A stretch of DNA of 64,000 bases from Gemmatimonadota bacterium (GTDB taxonomy: Bacteria > Gemmatimonadota > Gemmatimonadetes > Longimicrobiales > Gaopeijiaceae), in assembly GCA_034521595.1 (NCBI GenBank), contig JAXHMG010000002.1, positions 205,340 through 269,339 of the forward strand. Direction: 5' to 3'. Positions 8,769 to 17,902 of the stretch are shown here, piece by piece. Position numbers and translations under genes: made by a program. The notes below the pieces were generated by a model, which saw only the letters and a list, made by a program, of their open reading frames with translations, was not told the origin of the DNA and did not search any database. Numbering within the stretch: the stretch's first letter is position 1; each line of letters begins with the position of its first letter.

Positions 8769-9757
8769 GCCGCTGGGCCTTGGGCGTCGGCCTGACGGTC
8801 GCCACCCTCGCCTCCGTCCTTCTCGGCGTGCGCCTCGGCTCGGTTCCGCTCTCGACGGCCGAGGTGCTCGGCGCGCTCGGCGGAGGCGGAGATCCGGTGG
8901 CCCGGGATATCGTGGTCCGGCTGCGGCTTCCCCGGGTCCTGCTCGGGTTGCTCGTGGGGGGTGGGCTCGCGATCTCGGGGGCCACCTTCCAGGCGCTGCT
9001 TCGAAACCCGCTCGCCGAGCCCTACATCCTCGGTATCTCGGGTGGGGCATCCGTCGGCGCGGTGCTCGTGCTCGCGTTCGGTTGGATCGCGGCCGGATCC
9101 TGGGCCCTCCCCCTCGCGGCATTCATCGGCGCGCTCGTCGCCATCGGGCTCGTCTTCCGGGTCGCCACGGCGACGGGGCGAGCGATGGACGTACGCGTGC
9201 TCCTCCTCGCCGGCGTCGTCGTGGCGGCATTCTTCTCGGCATGCATCGCCTTCATTCTCTCCATCTCGCCCGCGCGCACGGTGCAGAGCGCCGTCCTCTG
9301 GATCATGGGCAGCTTGGCCGGCGCCACCTGGCGTGGGGTCCTCCTGACCGCCGTTTACACCACGCCCGCCGTGCTCCTGTTGATCGGGTTGGCCCGACCG
9401 CTCAATCTCCTCTCCATCGGCGAGGAAACCGCCCACCACCTCGGAGCCGACGTGGAGCGCGTCAAGCGCGCGTCCCTCGCGGTGGCGGCGCTCATCACCG
9501 CCTCCGGGGTCGCGGTCGCCGGCGTCATCGGGTTCGTCGGGCTGATCGTTCCACACGCGGTCCGACTCCTCGTCGGCTCCGACCACCGGGCTCTGCTTCC
9601 GCTCTCGTTCTTGGCGGGTGCCGCATTCCTCACCCTCGCGGACCTCGCGGCCAGGCTGACGCTCGCTCCCACCGAGATCCCCATCGGGGTGATCACGGCC
9701 TTCATCGGCGTCCCGTTCTTCCTCGTGCTCCTCCGGCGTAGCGTGACGGGTCGATGA
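8765..9757 (+). CDS. FecCD/BtuC family ABC permease
   Basis: RLPRV, RNPLAEPYILGISGGA, GVIGFVGLIVPH and EIPIG motifs. ATGA overlap with the upstream stop. Confidence 0.92.
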   Translation: MSRWALGVGLTVATLASVLLGVRLGSVPLSTAEVLGALGGGGDPVARDIVVRLRLPRVLLGLLVGGGLAISGATFQALLRNPLAEPYILGISGGASVGAVLVLAFGWIAAGSWALPLAAFIGALVAIGLVFRVATATGRAMDVRVLLLAGVVVAAFFSACIAFILSISPARTVQSAVLWIMGSLAGATWRGVLLTAVYTTPAVLLLIGLARPLNLLSIGEETAHHLGADVERVKRASLAVAALITASGVAVAGVIGFVGLIVPHAVRLLVGSDHRALLPLSFLAGAAFLTLADLAARLTLAPTEIPIGVITAFIGVPFFLVLLRRSVTGR

Positions 9758-10533
9758 AGATCGCGGCGGAGGGCATCGTCGTGCGGTACCCCGGGAGCAG
9801 CGCTCCGGCCTTGGACGACGTCTCCATGAACGTGCCGTCGGGCTCGCTCTACGCGGTGCTGGGACCGAACGGCTCCGGAAAGTCGTCGCTCATGCGCGCG
9901 TTGCTCGGCATACGGCCGCTGGAGCGAGGGCGTGCGCTCCTGGAGGACCGTCGCGTCGAAGATTGGGACCGGCGCGCGCTCGCCCGTGCGGTAGGCGCGG
10001 TGACCCAGAGCGAAGCGATCTCGTTCCCGCTCACCACACGCGAGATGGTGGCCATGGGCCGCTACCCCTACCTCGGCCCCCTCGAAAGGGAGCGCGACAC
10101 CGACCGGAACGCCATCGAGCGCGCTCTGTCCTCATGCGATCTCCTGGAGCTCGCCCGACGCGACGTGACCACGCTCTCGGGCGGAGAATTCCAGCGAGCG
10201 CGCCTCGCCCGCGCACTGGCGCAGGAGCCACGGGCCCTGGTTCTCGACGAGCCGACCGCCAGCCTCGACGTGGGTCACGAGATGACGATCCTCGAGCTCC
10301 TCAGATCCTCGGCGGACGCCGGAATCACCGTGCTCCTGATCACCCACGGCCTCGATATGGCGTCCCGCTTCGCCGATCGCCTGCTCCTCCTGTCTCGCGG
10401 GATCGTGGCCGCGGAAGGGACGCCCCAGGAGGTCGTGCGCGAGGAAATCCTGCGCGAAGTGTACGGGTGGCCGCTCGCGGTGCACGAAGATCCCACCACG
10501 GGGGCTCCGAGGGTCACACCTCTTTCTTCCTGA
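9754..10533 (+). CDS. Cobalamin/Fe-chelate ABC transporter ATPase
   Basis: GPNGSGKS, LSGGE and LDEPT motifs. Confidence 0.92.
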   Translation: MKIAAEGIVVRYPGSSAPALDDVSMNVPSGSLYAVLGPNGSGKSSLMRALLGIRPLERGRALLEDRRVEDWDRRALARAVGAVTQSEAISFPLTTREMVAMGRYPYLGPLERERDTDRNAIERALSSCDLLELARRDVTTLSGGEFQRARLARALAQEPRALVLDEPTASLDVGHEMTILELLRSSADAGITVLLITHGLDMASRFADRLLLLSRGIVAAEGTPQEVVREEILREVYGWPLAVHEDPTTGAPRVTPLSS

Positions 10534-10574
10534 TCGCTCCTCGCGCCCGGCGGTGGCGACCGGCCACGCACTGC

Positions 10575-11564
10575 TCAGTACTCCGCCATGCCTTCGGCGT
10601 CTTCGCGAAGGGTGACATAGCTTCCGTACCGAGACTCCGGAATCCGCCCCTCCTCGACGGCCTCTAGCACGGCACAGTCCGGCTCGTGCCGGTGGGTGCA
10701 CGACCGAAACCGACATGCCGCGCCCATTGCGTGGATCTCGGGAAAGCAGATCTCCACGTCTTCCGGTGCGATACCCCAGAGCGCGACGTCACTGAACCCC
10801 GGCGTATCCGCGACCAGCCCGCCGCTCGCGAGGCGGATGAGCCTGGAGCCGACGGTCGTGTGTCGGCCCGTCGACGTCTTTCCGGACAGGGCTCCGACCT
10901 TCAAGGAGAGTCCGGGCTCGAGTGTGTTCAGGAGGGACGATTTGCCGACACCGGACGGGCCCACGAGCGCCGAAGCTCCCGAAGCGCACAGCGCGCGGAG
11001 CGTATCCATGCTCTCGCCGGTCACGGCGCTCACCGCGAGCACATCGTAGCCGAGCCCACCGTACAGCTCCGTCAAAGCACCGACGTCAGCCGCATCCTTC
11101 GCGAGATCCACCTTGTTGACCACCAGGACCGGACGCATGCCGCTGGCCTCGACGAGGGCCAGCAGGCGGTCGATCAGCTCGGGCGTGGCCTCCGGCTCGC
11201 CGAACGCGACCACGGCCAGGACCCGGTCGAGGTTCGCGGCCAACACCTTTCCGCTCCGCCCGCCCCGCCCGCGTCGGACCAAGGCGGTGCGCCTGGGCTC
11301 CACCCCCTCCACGGTCCACGCTTCATCCGAAGGAGCCACACGGACTCGGTCGCCGATGACCGCCTGGGCTGCTTCGTCGGGACGCCGCTTCAACCGACCC
11401 CGGAGCGTCGCCTCCACCCGCCGACCGTCATCCAGCTCGACCACGTACGCTCCACCCGCGCTGGCATGCACGGTACCGAAAAGCGCCCCCTGCGGGAGCG
11501 TGTCGTCACTCCCACGGGGGGCGCCTCGGGACCTTCCCGGCCGCCTTCGCGGCCCGGCCGTCAC
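10575..11564 (-). CDS. rsgA: Ribosome small subunit-dependent GTPase A
   Basis: NKVD, GPSGVGKSS, GRHTT and DTPG motifs, with a C-terminal CRFRSCTHRHEPDC zinc finger. Confidence 0.95.
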   Translation of the reverse strand: MTAGPRRRPGRSRGAPRGSDDTLPQGALFGTVHASAGGAYVVELDDGRRVEATLRGRLKRRPDEAAQAVIGDRVRVAPSDEAWTVEGVEPRRTALVRRGRGGRSGKVLAANLDRVLAVVAFGEPEATPELIDRLLALVEASGMRPVLVVNKVDLAKDAADVGALTELYGGLGYDVLAVSAVTGESMDTLRALCASGASALVGPSGVGKSSLLNTLEPGLSLKVGALSGKTSTGRHTTVGSRLIRLASGGLVADTPGFSDVALWGIAPEDVEICFPEIHAMGAACRFRSCTHRHEPDCAVLEAVEEGRIPESRYGSYVTLREDAEGMAEY

Positions 11565-12466
11565 GCCGCGAAGGACTCCAGAGCGTTGCCCTTGTCGCCT
11601 TCACGGAGACGCCGCAGGGCACGATCACGGAGCTGGCGGATCCGCTCGCGCGTCACGCCGAGCAGGTTGCCGATCTCTTCGAGGGTGTGCTCACGCTCAC
11701 CTTCCAAACCGAAGTACAGTCGCAGCACCTTGGCGTCGCGCGCCTCGAGCGTGGACAGCGCCTCGGTGATCATCTCCGTGAGCAGGCGACCTTCGACCTC
11801 GATCTCCGGCTCCGCGGCCTCCTCGGTGATGAACCGTTCGACGAGCTGAGAGTCCTCCGAGTCACCGATCGGCGCGTCGAGTCGGATCTCGGCCGCGTTC
11901 AGCGTCTGCAGCGACTCGACGAGCTCCGGCGTGAGCGCGGTGGCTTCGGCCAGCTCGTCGGTCGACGGGTCGCGCCCTTTCTCCTGCTTGAGACGCTCCT
12001 TTTCCCGGAAGATCCGAGCCAGATCGCTCGCGCGGTTCAGCGGCACGCGCACGGCACGGCCGTGATTGGCCAGCGAGGCGAGAATGGCCTGACGGATCCA
12101 CCACACGGCGTAGCTGATGAACTTCACGCCCTGCTCGGGATCGAACTTCCGCGCGGCCGTCACGAGCCCGACATTTCCTTCCTGGATCAGGTCCGTGAGG
12201 GAGACGCCACGATTCTGGTACTTCTTCGCGACGCTGATCACGAAGCGCAGGTTCGCGCGAGCGAGCTCCTGAATCGCATCCTGATCACCCTTCTGGGCAA
12301 GCGCGCCGAGCTCCTTCTCACGCTCGGGCGTGATGAGCTCATGACGGCTCACGTCGCGCAGATACTGGTCGAGGGCGCTCTGCTCCTCCACGCTGGCGTC
12401 GAAGCCGGAGAGCAGGTTGCCTTTACCACGACGTTGCTGACGCTTTCCAGTCGGGGCAGCTGCCAT
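11561..12466 (-). CDS. Sigma-70 family RNA polymerase sigma factor, RpoD/SigA-type without region 1.1 (paralogue 1)
   Basis: ANLRFVISVAKKY, DLIQEGNVGL, KFISYAVWWIRQ and TLEEIG...TRERIRQ. AAGGAG RBS upstream. Confidence 0.93.
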   Translation of the reverse strand: MAAAPTGKRQQRRGKGNLLSGFDASVEEQSALDQYLRDVSRHELITPEREKELGALAQKGDQDAIQELARANLRFVISVAKKYQNRGVSLTDLIQEGNVGLVTAARKFDPEQGVKFISYAVWWIRQAILASLANHGRAVRVPLNRASDLARIFREKERLKQEKGRDPSTDELAEATALTPELVESLQTLNAAEIRLDAPIGDSEDSQLVERFITEEAAEPEIEVEGRLLTEMITEALSTLEARDAKVLRLYFGLEGEREHTLEEIGNLLGVTRERIRQLRDRALRRLREGDKGNALESFAA

Positions 12467-12570
12467 TGTGTTCTATTCTCCTTCGAGTCTTCTCCCGCGC
12501 CAAGACGGTTGAAAAACGGACCGTCCCGCAGACCGGAAGAGCATAGACATCATAAACTCCTAAGCCGTTT

Positions 12571-12599
12571 AAGGTGCCGGGGCCGGCCAGGAGTGTCAA
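12571..12599 (-). promoter_or_regulatory. Candidate sigma-70 promoter of sigma paralogue 1
   Basis: TTGACA-N17-CACCTT on the minus strand, about 105 nt upstream of the ATG. Confidence 0.55.
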
Positions 12600-12746
12600 C
12601 GTTACTTGAGCGGCACTCTTACTCTGTGCCTCCCGTGAGGTTCCGCCCTCCAACCTCCATATAGCGCCTCGCACGCCGTGCTGCAAAATCGGAGGCCGGG
12701 CATCCGGTTGCTCCGCGGATGAACACTCCCCTAGCTTGGCGTTCTC

Positions 12747-13577
12747 ATGACCTCGACCCCACCCTGCATCGTGGTCGGTGCAACCGACCGTGGCCTTCGG
12801 CGCGCCCGTAACGAGGACAGCTTCACGGTCTTCCCCGAGCACGGCGTCGCTGTCGTCGCCGACGGCATGGGTGGCCACCCCGGAGGTGACGTAGCAAGCG
12901 AGATCGCGGCCCGAACCACGGCCGACCGCCTCCGGCGCGTCTTCCCACACGGCTCGGAAACGAACGACCCGGGAGCCGACCCCGCCACGTCTCCGTCCAC
13001 GGACCACATTACACGGAAGACCCGGGAAAGAGCCATGAGACAATCGGTCCTCGACGCGCACCAGGCGGTGCTGTCCCGTGGCCGCGCCGAGCCGTCGCTG
13101 ACCGGCATGGGGACGACCACGACCGCGCTCGTCGTGGACGCGGATGCTGCCCGCTACACCGTCGGCAACGTGGGGGACTCGCGCGCGTACCTTCTGCGAG
13201 ACGGGCGGCTCGAGCAACTCACTCGGGACGACACCCGACTCCAAGAGCTGATCGAAGCCGGCGCCGTCCGCCCTGAAGACGCCATGGGCCACCCGGAATC
13301 GCACATGCTCACGCAGTGCGTCGGGTTGGCGCCCGCGCCCGTGCCCCGGGTCGTCGAGGATCGCACTCGCCCGGGCGACGTGTTCCTTCTCTGCTCGGAC
13401 GGACTCATCGCGTGCCTCCGCGACACGGAGATCCGGGCGATTCTCACCCGGTCGCTCGACGGCACCGCGGCCGGAGCCGAACGTGCCGTGGCGCGCCTCA
13501 TCGAGGAGACGAACGCCGCCGGTGGCGTGGACAACGTCACGGTCGTGGTGATCTCGATTCCGGAACACGACGCGTGA
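12747..13577 (+). CDS. PP2C/PPM Ser/Thr protein phosphatase (PrpC/Stp1-like)
   Basis: RARNED, VADGMGGH, GMGTT, NVGDSR, CSDGL and DNVT motifs. Confidence 0.93.
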   Translation: MTSTPPCIVVGATDRGLRRARNEDSFTVFPEHGVAVVADGMGGHPGGDVASEIAARTTADRLRRVFPHGSETNDPGADPATSPSTDHITRKTRERAMRQSVLDAHQAVLSRGRAEPSLTGMGTTTTALVVDADAARYTVGNVGDSRAYLLRDGRLEQLTRDDTRLQELIEAGAVRPEDAMGHPESHMLTQCVGLAPAPVPRVVEDRTRPGDVFLLCSDGLIACLRDTEIRAILTRSLDGTAAGAERAVARLIEETNAAGGVDNVTVVVISIPEHDA

Positions 13578-14850
13578 TGCGCTCCAAGACCCACTCCGGG
13601 GCGACCTCGCGCCGTTCGAAGGTGAACACGCGGAGAACCCGGGTCGTGGTGTAGAGCTCGCGCGTGACCTTGGGAAGGTCGAACAGCCCCGGCACACCGT
13701 CCGGGCCCGACCGCTCGACACCTCCGCCCCGCCGCTCGATCAACAGGTCGAGCTGAAACATCGCCGCCTTCGCGGGGAAGTCCACCATGACCTCGCCGGA
13801 CTCGAGACCGAGCTCCGTGGCGAGATCGTCCTCGATCGCCCGTTTCCAGGGCGAGGCGCCCACGGCCCAGTCCTCGACCCGGCGTCCCTGGAGGTCGGCC
13901 GCGGTCAGCTCCACCGCCCGCTTCGGCAGGCGCCGGTGCCGGAGCGCGGGGAGCCACCGGGACGCGATCCGCCCGGCCACCTCACCGTCGTCTTCGAGAG
14001 CCCGCCGTCCGATCTCGTACAGGAGCTCCTCATCGGTCGGCCCCACCAGCTCTTCCGGATCGAGCAATCCAGCGCTCACCGAATCCTCCACGATCCGCTT
14101 GTACAGCGCCGTCGCCGCGCGCACCGCGTGATGCCAGTACACGTTCCGGAACATCTGGTATTTCGCGAACAGGAGTGATTCGAGCGCCGCGACTCCCTTC
14201 TCGTGAACGCCGACCTCGTACGCCCCCGACTCCGGGTCCCGGACGAGCACGAGCGCCTGGAGCAAGCGGGGCACGTCGACCTCACCGTACGGGACCCCGC
14301 AGAACCGGGCGTCCCGGCGCAGATACTCCATCTTGTCCAGATCCAGGCTGCCGCTGATCAGGCCCCGCAACGGCACCGTGCTCTGCCCGCTGATGAGCTG
14401 GTGGATGCGGTCGGCGGCCGCCAGACCGAGCGGGGCCAATGCGTCACGAAGGGCCGGAGCTCCGAAGAAGCGGCGTCCCGCCTCCTCGTGGTCACCGGGC
14501 ACGTGATCGGCGTCGAGCTCCTCGAGCGCGTGTGAAAAGGGATAGTGGCCGATGTCGTGCAGGAGGGCGGCGTACGGCACCAGCTCCTCGTCCTCCCATG
14601 CTTCCGGCGGCACCCCACCTCGGTCCCTGAGCCGCTGCAGCGCCTGCACGGTCAGGTGGTACACGCCGAGCGCGTGATCGAAGCGGGTGTGTGTCGCGCC
14701 CGGGTAGACGAGGTGGGTCCACCCGAGCTGACGGATGTAGCGGAGACGCTGAAACTCCGCTGTATCCACGATCCGCCGGGCCGTCGCGTCGAGCCGGATC
14801 GTGTTCCACAGCGGGTCACGAATGATCTTGCCTCGAGGTGTCGTGCTCAT
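13537..14850 (-). CDS. HD-domain phosphohydrolase (SAMHD1-like dNTP triphosphohydrolase family)
   Basis: FQRLRYIRQLG, HTRFDHALG, LLHDIGHYPFSH and DLDKMEYLRRD motifs. Confidence 0.88.
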   Translation of the reverse strand: MSTTPRGKIIRDPLWNTIRLDATARRIVDTAEFQRLRYIRQLGWTHLVYPGATHTRFDHALGVYHLTVQALQRLRDRGGVPPEAWEDEELVPYAALLHDIGHYPFSHALEELDADHVPGDHEEAGRRFFGAPALRDALAPLGLAAADRIHQLISGQSTVPLRGLISGSLDLDKMEYLRRDARFCGVPYGEVDVPRLLQALVLVRDPESGAYEVGVHEKGVAALESLLFAKYQMFRNVYWHHAVRAATALYKRIVEDSVSAGLLDPEELVGPTDEELLYEIGRRALEDDGEVAGRIASRWLPALRHRRLPKRAVELTAADLQGRRVEDWAVGASPWKRAIEDDLATELGLESGEVMVDFPAKAAMFQLDLLIERRGGGVERSGPDGVPGLFDLPKVTRELYTTTRVLRVFTFERREVAPEWVLERITRRVPESRSPRP

Positions 14851-15076
14851 CGTGCTCTTCCGAGCTCGAAGGATGCCGCGGCCCGGATGCGCGTGGGTGC
14901 GTCCGCGGCGAAATAATCCACCTTCACCCCGGGAGTGGGGTCGGTCGATGGCATGGCGAGCCGGTGGCCGCCAGGCCCGCGACCCTCTATCTTCCCGAAG
15001 AAACCGCGAAAGCGCCAGCCCCCGTCTTCGGGCCCGTTGCCGCTCCGCATCCCACGCAGCCGATCCATCACGAACC

Positions 15077-15766
15077 GTGCACCCGAACCCGACGCTCCGC
15101 GAGCACGTCCATGCACTGGCGGAGAATCGTCCCGGCGTCTACCGGATGACGGCGCCCGACGGTCGACTCCTGTACGTCGGGAAGTCCGTACGGATTCGGA
15201 GCCGCCTCCTCTCCTACTTCACCGCGCCGCGCGGGGAAAAGGCATGGGAGCTGGTGCGCGAGATGCGGCAGATCCGTCGCGCCCAGCCGCGGTTCAACGT
15301 GCAACATCGGCGCAAGAAGATCTATGCTTTCGTGAAGATCACCCAGGAGTCGGCGCCGCGGCTCCTCCCGGTCTCCCGCATCGCGGCCGACGGCGCGAGC
15401 TATCTCGGCCCATTCCCCCGCATCGGAGCGGTGGCGCGAGCCGTGCGGGAGCTCGCGCACACCCTGGGGCTCAGGGACTGTCCCGGCGACACGCCCGTCC
15501 GCTACCGAGACCAGCTCGAGCTCTTCCAGGGAGCCGGGTCCGTGCCGCGGTGCTTGCGTGCCGAGCTCCATACCTGCCTCGCGCCCTGTCGCGGCCGGCC
15601 CACGTTCGCCGAGTACCGGGATGCGGTCTCGCTTGCGGCGTTTCCGGGGCGAGCTCCCCTCGCCGAAGAGCGGGGTGGAGCGGGAGCGAGCCTCCGCCGC
15701 CGTCACCGAGGTCTACGGAGCGCCCGATCCCGGACCCGAAGCGCTCCCGACGGGGGCGGGCGGCAC
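15077..15766 (+). pseudogene. Degraded UvrC-like GIY-YIG nuclease gene
   Basis: PGVYRM...LLYVGKS...RLLSYF and a Cys cluster (RDC...CLRAELHTCLAPC). The segment before IRRAQPRFN is too short. Plausible coding shifts frame near 15640 and there is no proper stop before the convergent gene. Confidence 0.65.
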
Positions 15767-17065
15767 TCAGCGGCTGACGCGCGCGCAGGCCCGTACCATC
15801 CGCTCCACGCCCTCCGCCACCTCGCCCGCCGAGATCAAGAGGGACGGGCCGATGCGGATCACGTTCCCGTGCAGGCCGCCGGCCCCCACGAGCAGCCCCT
15901 CCTCGCGCGCCGCGTCGACCAGGGCCGCGGTCCGATCGGGATCGGGATCTCGTGACTCGCGGTCGCGGACCACCTCCATCCCGACCATCAGGCCCTTGCC
16001 ACGGACCTCTCCGATCCACGGATGCTCCGCACGGAGCGCCTCGAGTCCGCTCCAGAGCTCACGGCCACGCGCTTCGGCATTCGTCGGGGCGTCGTGCTCG
16101 ACCAGCACGTCGAGCGTCGCCGACAGCGCGGCCATGGCCACGGGATTGCCTCCGAACGTGGAAATCGTGTTGCCGGACCACGCCTGCGCGATCTCGTCCG
16201 TGGTGGTCGTCGAGCCCGCCGGAAATCCTCCCGCCAGGCCCTTGGCCATCACCAGGATGTCGGGGACGACCCCGTCGTGCTCGACGCCGAACCAGTGCGA
16301 GCCGGTCCGGCCGAGACCGGCCTGCACCTCGTCCGCGATGAAAAGCCCCCCGTAGGAACGGACGAGCTCGGCCGCCCGTCTCAGGTAGCCCTGCGGGGGA
16401 ACGATGTATCCGGATACGCCCTGGATCGTCTCGGCGAGCAGCGCCGCGGGCCGCCCGTCCGTCGTGGTCACGATGACCTCCTCGAGCTCCTCCACGAGAC
16501 GATCCACGCACGTCTCGTCGCACGGACGCCGGAACGGGCAGCGGTACGGATACGGGGCGCGGGCGTGCACCACGCCGTTCGCCGGTGCCGGAAGCGACCG
16601 GAAGGTCGGGTGCGCCGTGAGTCCCATTCCGAGCGCGGAGCGCCCGTGATAGCCTCCCCGGAGCGCCACGACCTCACGGCGCCCGGTGACCGCCCGAGCC
16701 AGAAACACCGCCGTCTCGATCGCCTCGGTGCCGGAGTTCGTGAAGAACGTGCGTTCCAGCCCGCCCGGAGCCAGATCGGCCACCCGTCGGGCCGCTTCCA
16801 CGTGGGGCTCGGTCTCGTACAGCGTGGACACGTGCCCGAGTCGGCGCGCCTGCCCCTCGACGGCCTCGATGAGGCGGGGATGGCAGTGCCCCAGAGAGGT
16901 CGTGAGGATCCCCGCGTACAGGTCGAGGTACTCGCGCCCATCCGTGTCCCACACCCACACGCCCTCCCCCCGGTCGAGGGTGAGCGGCTCGGCGTACAGG
17001 TGACGCATCGAAGGCCAGAGGTACTTCGCGCGTCCCTCCCGGATCCGTTCCGTCGTTCTCGTCAT
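15767..17065 (-). CDS. Class III PLP-dependent aminotransferase
   Basis: NSGTEAIE, YHGRS, FIADEVQAGLGRTG, MAKGL and TFGGNP motifs. Confidence 0.93.
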   Translation of the reverse strand: MTRTTERIREGRAKYLWPSMRHLYAEPLTLDRGEGVWVWDTDGREYLDLYAGILTTSLGHCHPRLIEAVEGQARRLGHVSTLYETEPHVEAARRVADLAPGGLERTFFTNSGTEAIETAVFLARAVTGRREVVALRGGYHGRSALGMGLTAHPTFRSLPAPANGVVHARAPYPYRCPFRRPCDETCVDRLVEELEEVIVTTTDGRPAALLAETIQGVSGYIVPPQGYLRRAAELVRSYGGLFIADEVQAGLGRTGSHWFGVEHDGVVPDILVMAKGLAGGFPAGSTTTTDEIAQAWSGNTISTFGGNPVAMAALSATLDVLVEHDAPTNAEARGRELWSGLEALRAEHPWIGEVRGKGLMVGMEVVRDRESRDPDPDRTAALVDAAREEGLLVGAGGLHGNVIRIGPSLLISAGEVAEGVERMVRACARVSR

Positions 17066-17090
17066 CCCTGGCCTCTCCCGACTCGCCCAC

Positions 17091-17549
17091 TCACAGCCCG
17101 GCCATCTCCTTCACCCGCTCGAACTCATCCGCTTCGACGGATTGCACGGAGAGCCGGCTGTAGCGCACCAGCTCCATGTCGGAGAGCCGCGGGTCGCCCT
17201 TGACGTCGGCCAGAGGCACGAAGTTGGGCGCCTTCGCCACGAACTCGATGTCCACCATGAACCACCGCGGGTCGTCCTCGTCGGACTTCGGATCGTGGTA
17301 GGCGTGCTTCGGGTCGAACGCGAAATGGTCGGGGTACGCCTCTTTGCACACGCGGGCGAGTCCGGCCACCCCCGGAGGCTTGGCGTTGGAATGGTAGAAG
17401 AAGACTTCGTCTCCGACCTTCATCTTTTTCATGTTGTTGCGGGCCGCGTAGTTCCGCACTCCCTCCCAACACGTGGAGCCGTCGCGCTCCAGGTCGTCGA
17501 TGGAATACACGTTCGGCTCCGACTTCATCAACCAGTACTGCTTCGCCAC
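17091..17549 (-). CDS. EVE domain-containing protein
   Basis: YWLMKSEP, WEGVRNYAARN, FFYHSN and RLSVQ motifs. Confidence 0.93.
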   Translation of the reverse strand: MAKQYWLMKSEPNVYSIDDLERDGSTCWEGVRNYAARNNMKKMKVGDEVFFYHSNAKPPGVAGLARVCKEAYPDHFAFDPKHAYHDPKSDEDDPRWFMVDIEFVAKAPNFVPLADVKGDPRLSDMELVRYSRLSVQSVEADEFERVKEMAGL

Positions 17550-17694
17550 GCTCCAACCTCCCGCATCCAGGGATCGCTTCCGTCACGACGCCCCCGATTA
17601 CTCGAGCGCGTCGAGGCTGCCCAACGCCGCGTCGAGCGCGACGGAGCCCACCCAGACCGCCGCGGCCCTGGTCCACCGCGACCCGACCGGGCGA

Positions 17695-17884
17695 GGCCCG
17701 GAGGAACACGCTCCCGGAGAAGCGAGCGCCGCGCCCACGAATGGCCCGGGCCCACCCGGCTGACTCAACCCACCGCGCCTCCCCCGGGCCGCCCCACGAC
17801 GCCCCGGCAGAACACGACGACCACGTAGCCCGACGACAACCCCCGCCGTCGCGCGAGCGCCGAGGGAGCGTGTTCCTCCGGGCC
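17695..17884. repeat. 190-bp intergenic element bounded by perfect 21-bp inverted repeats (MITE/REPIN-like)
   Basis: GGCCCGGAGGAACACGCTCCC at 17695-17715 and its exact reverse complement at 17864-17884. Confidence 0.75.
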
Positions 17885-17902
17885 ACCACCAAACCGGTAG
17901 GG

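Noticed and set aside
13537-17549. HD hydrolase, GIY-YIG and EVE as an anti-phage defence island
   Set aside because: The genes have mixed orientations, are separated by an aminotransferase, show host-like composition and have no mobility genes. The GIY-YIG gene is UvrC-like and broken.
17598-17902. Small protein or pseudogene between the EVE and MATE genes
   Set aside because: There is no convincing start or family motif. The inverted-repeat element accounts for the region.
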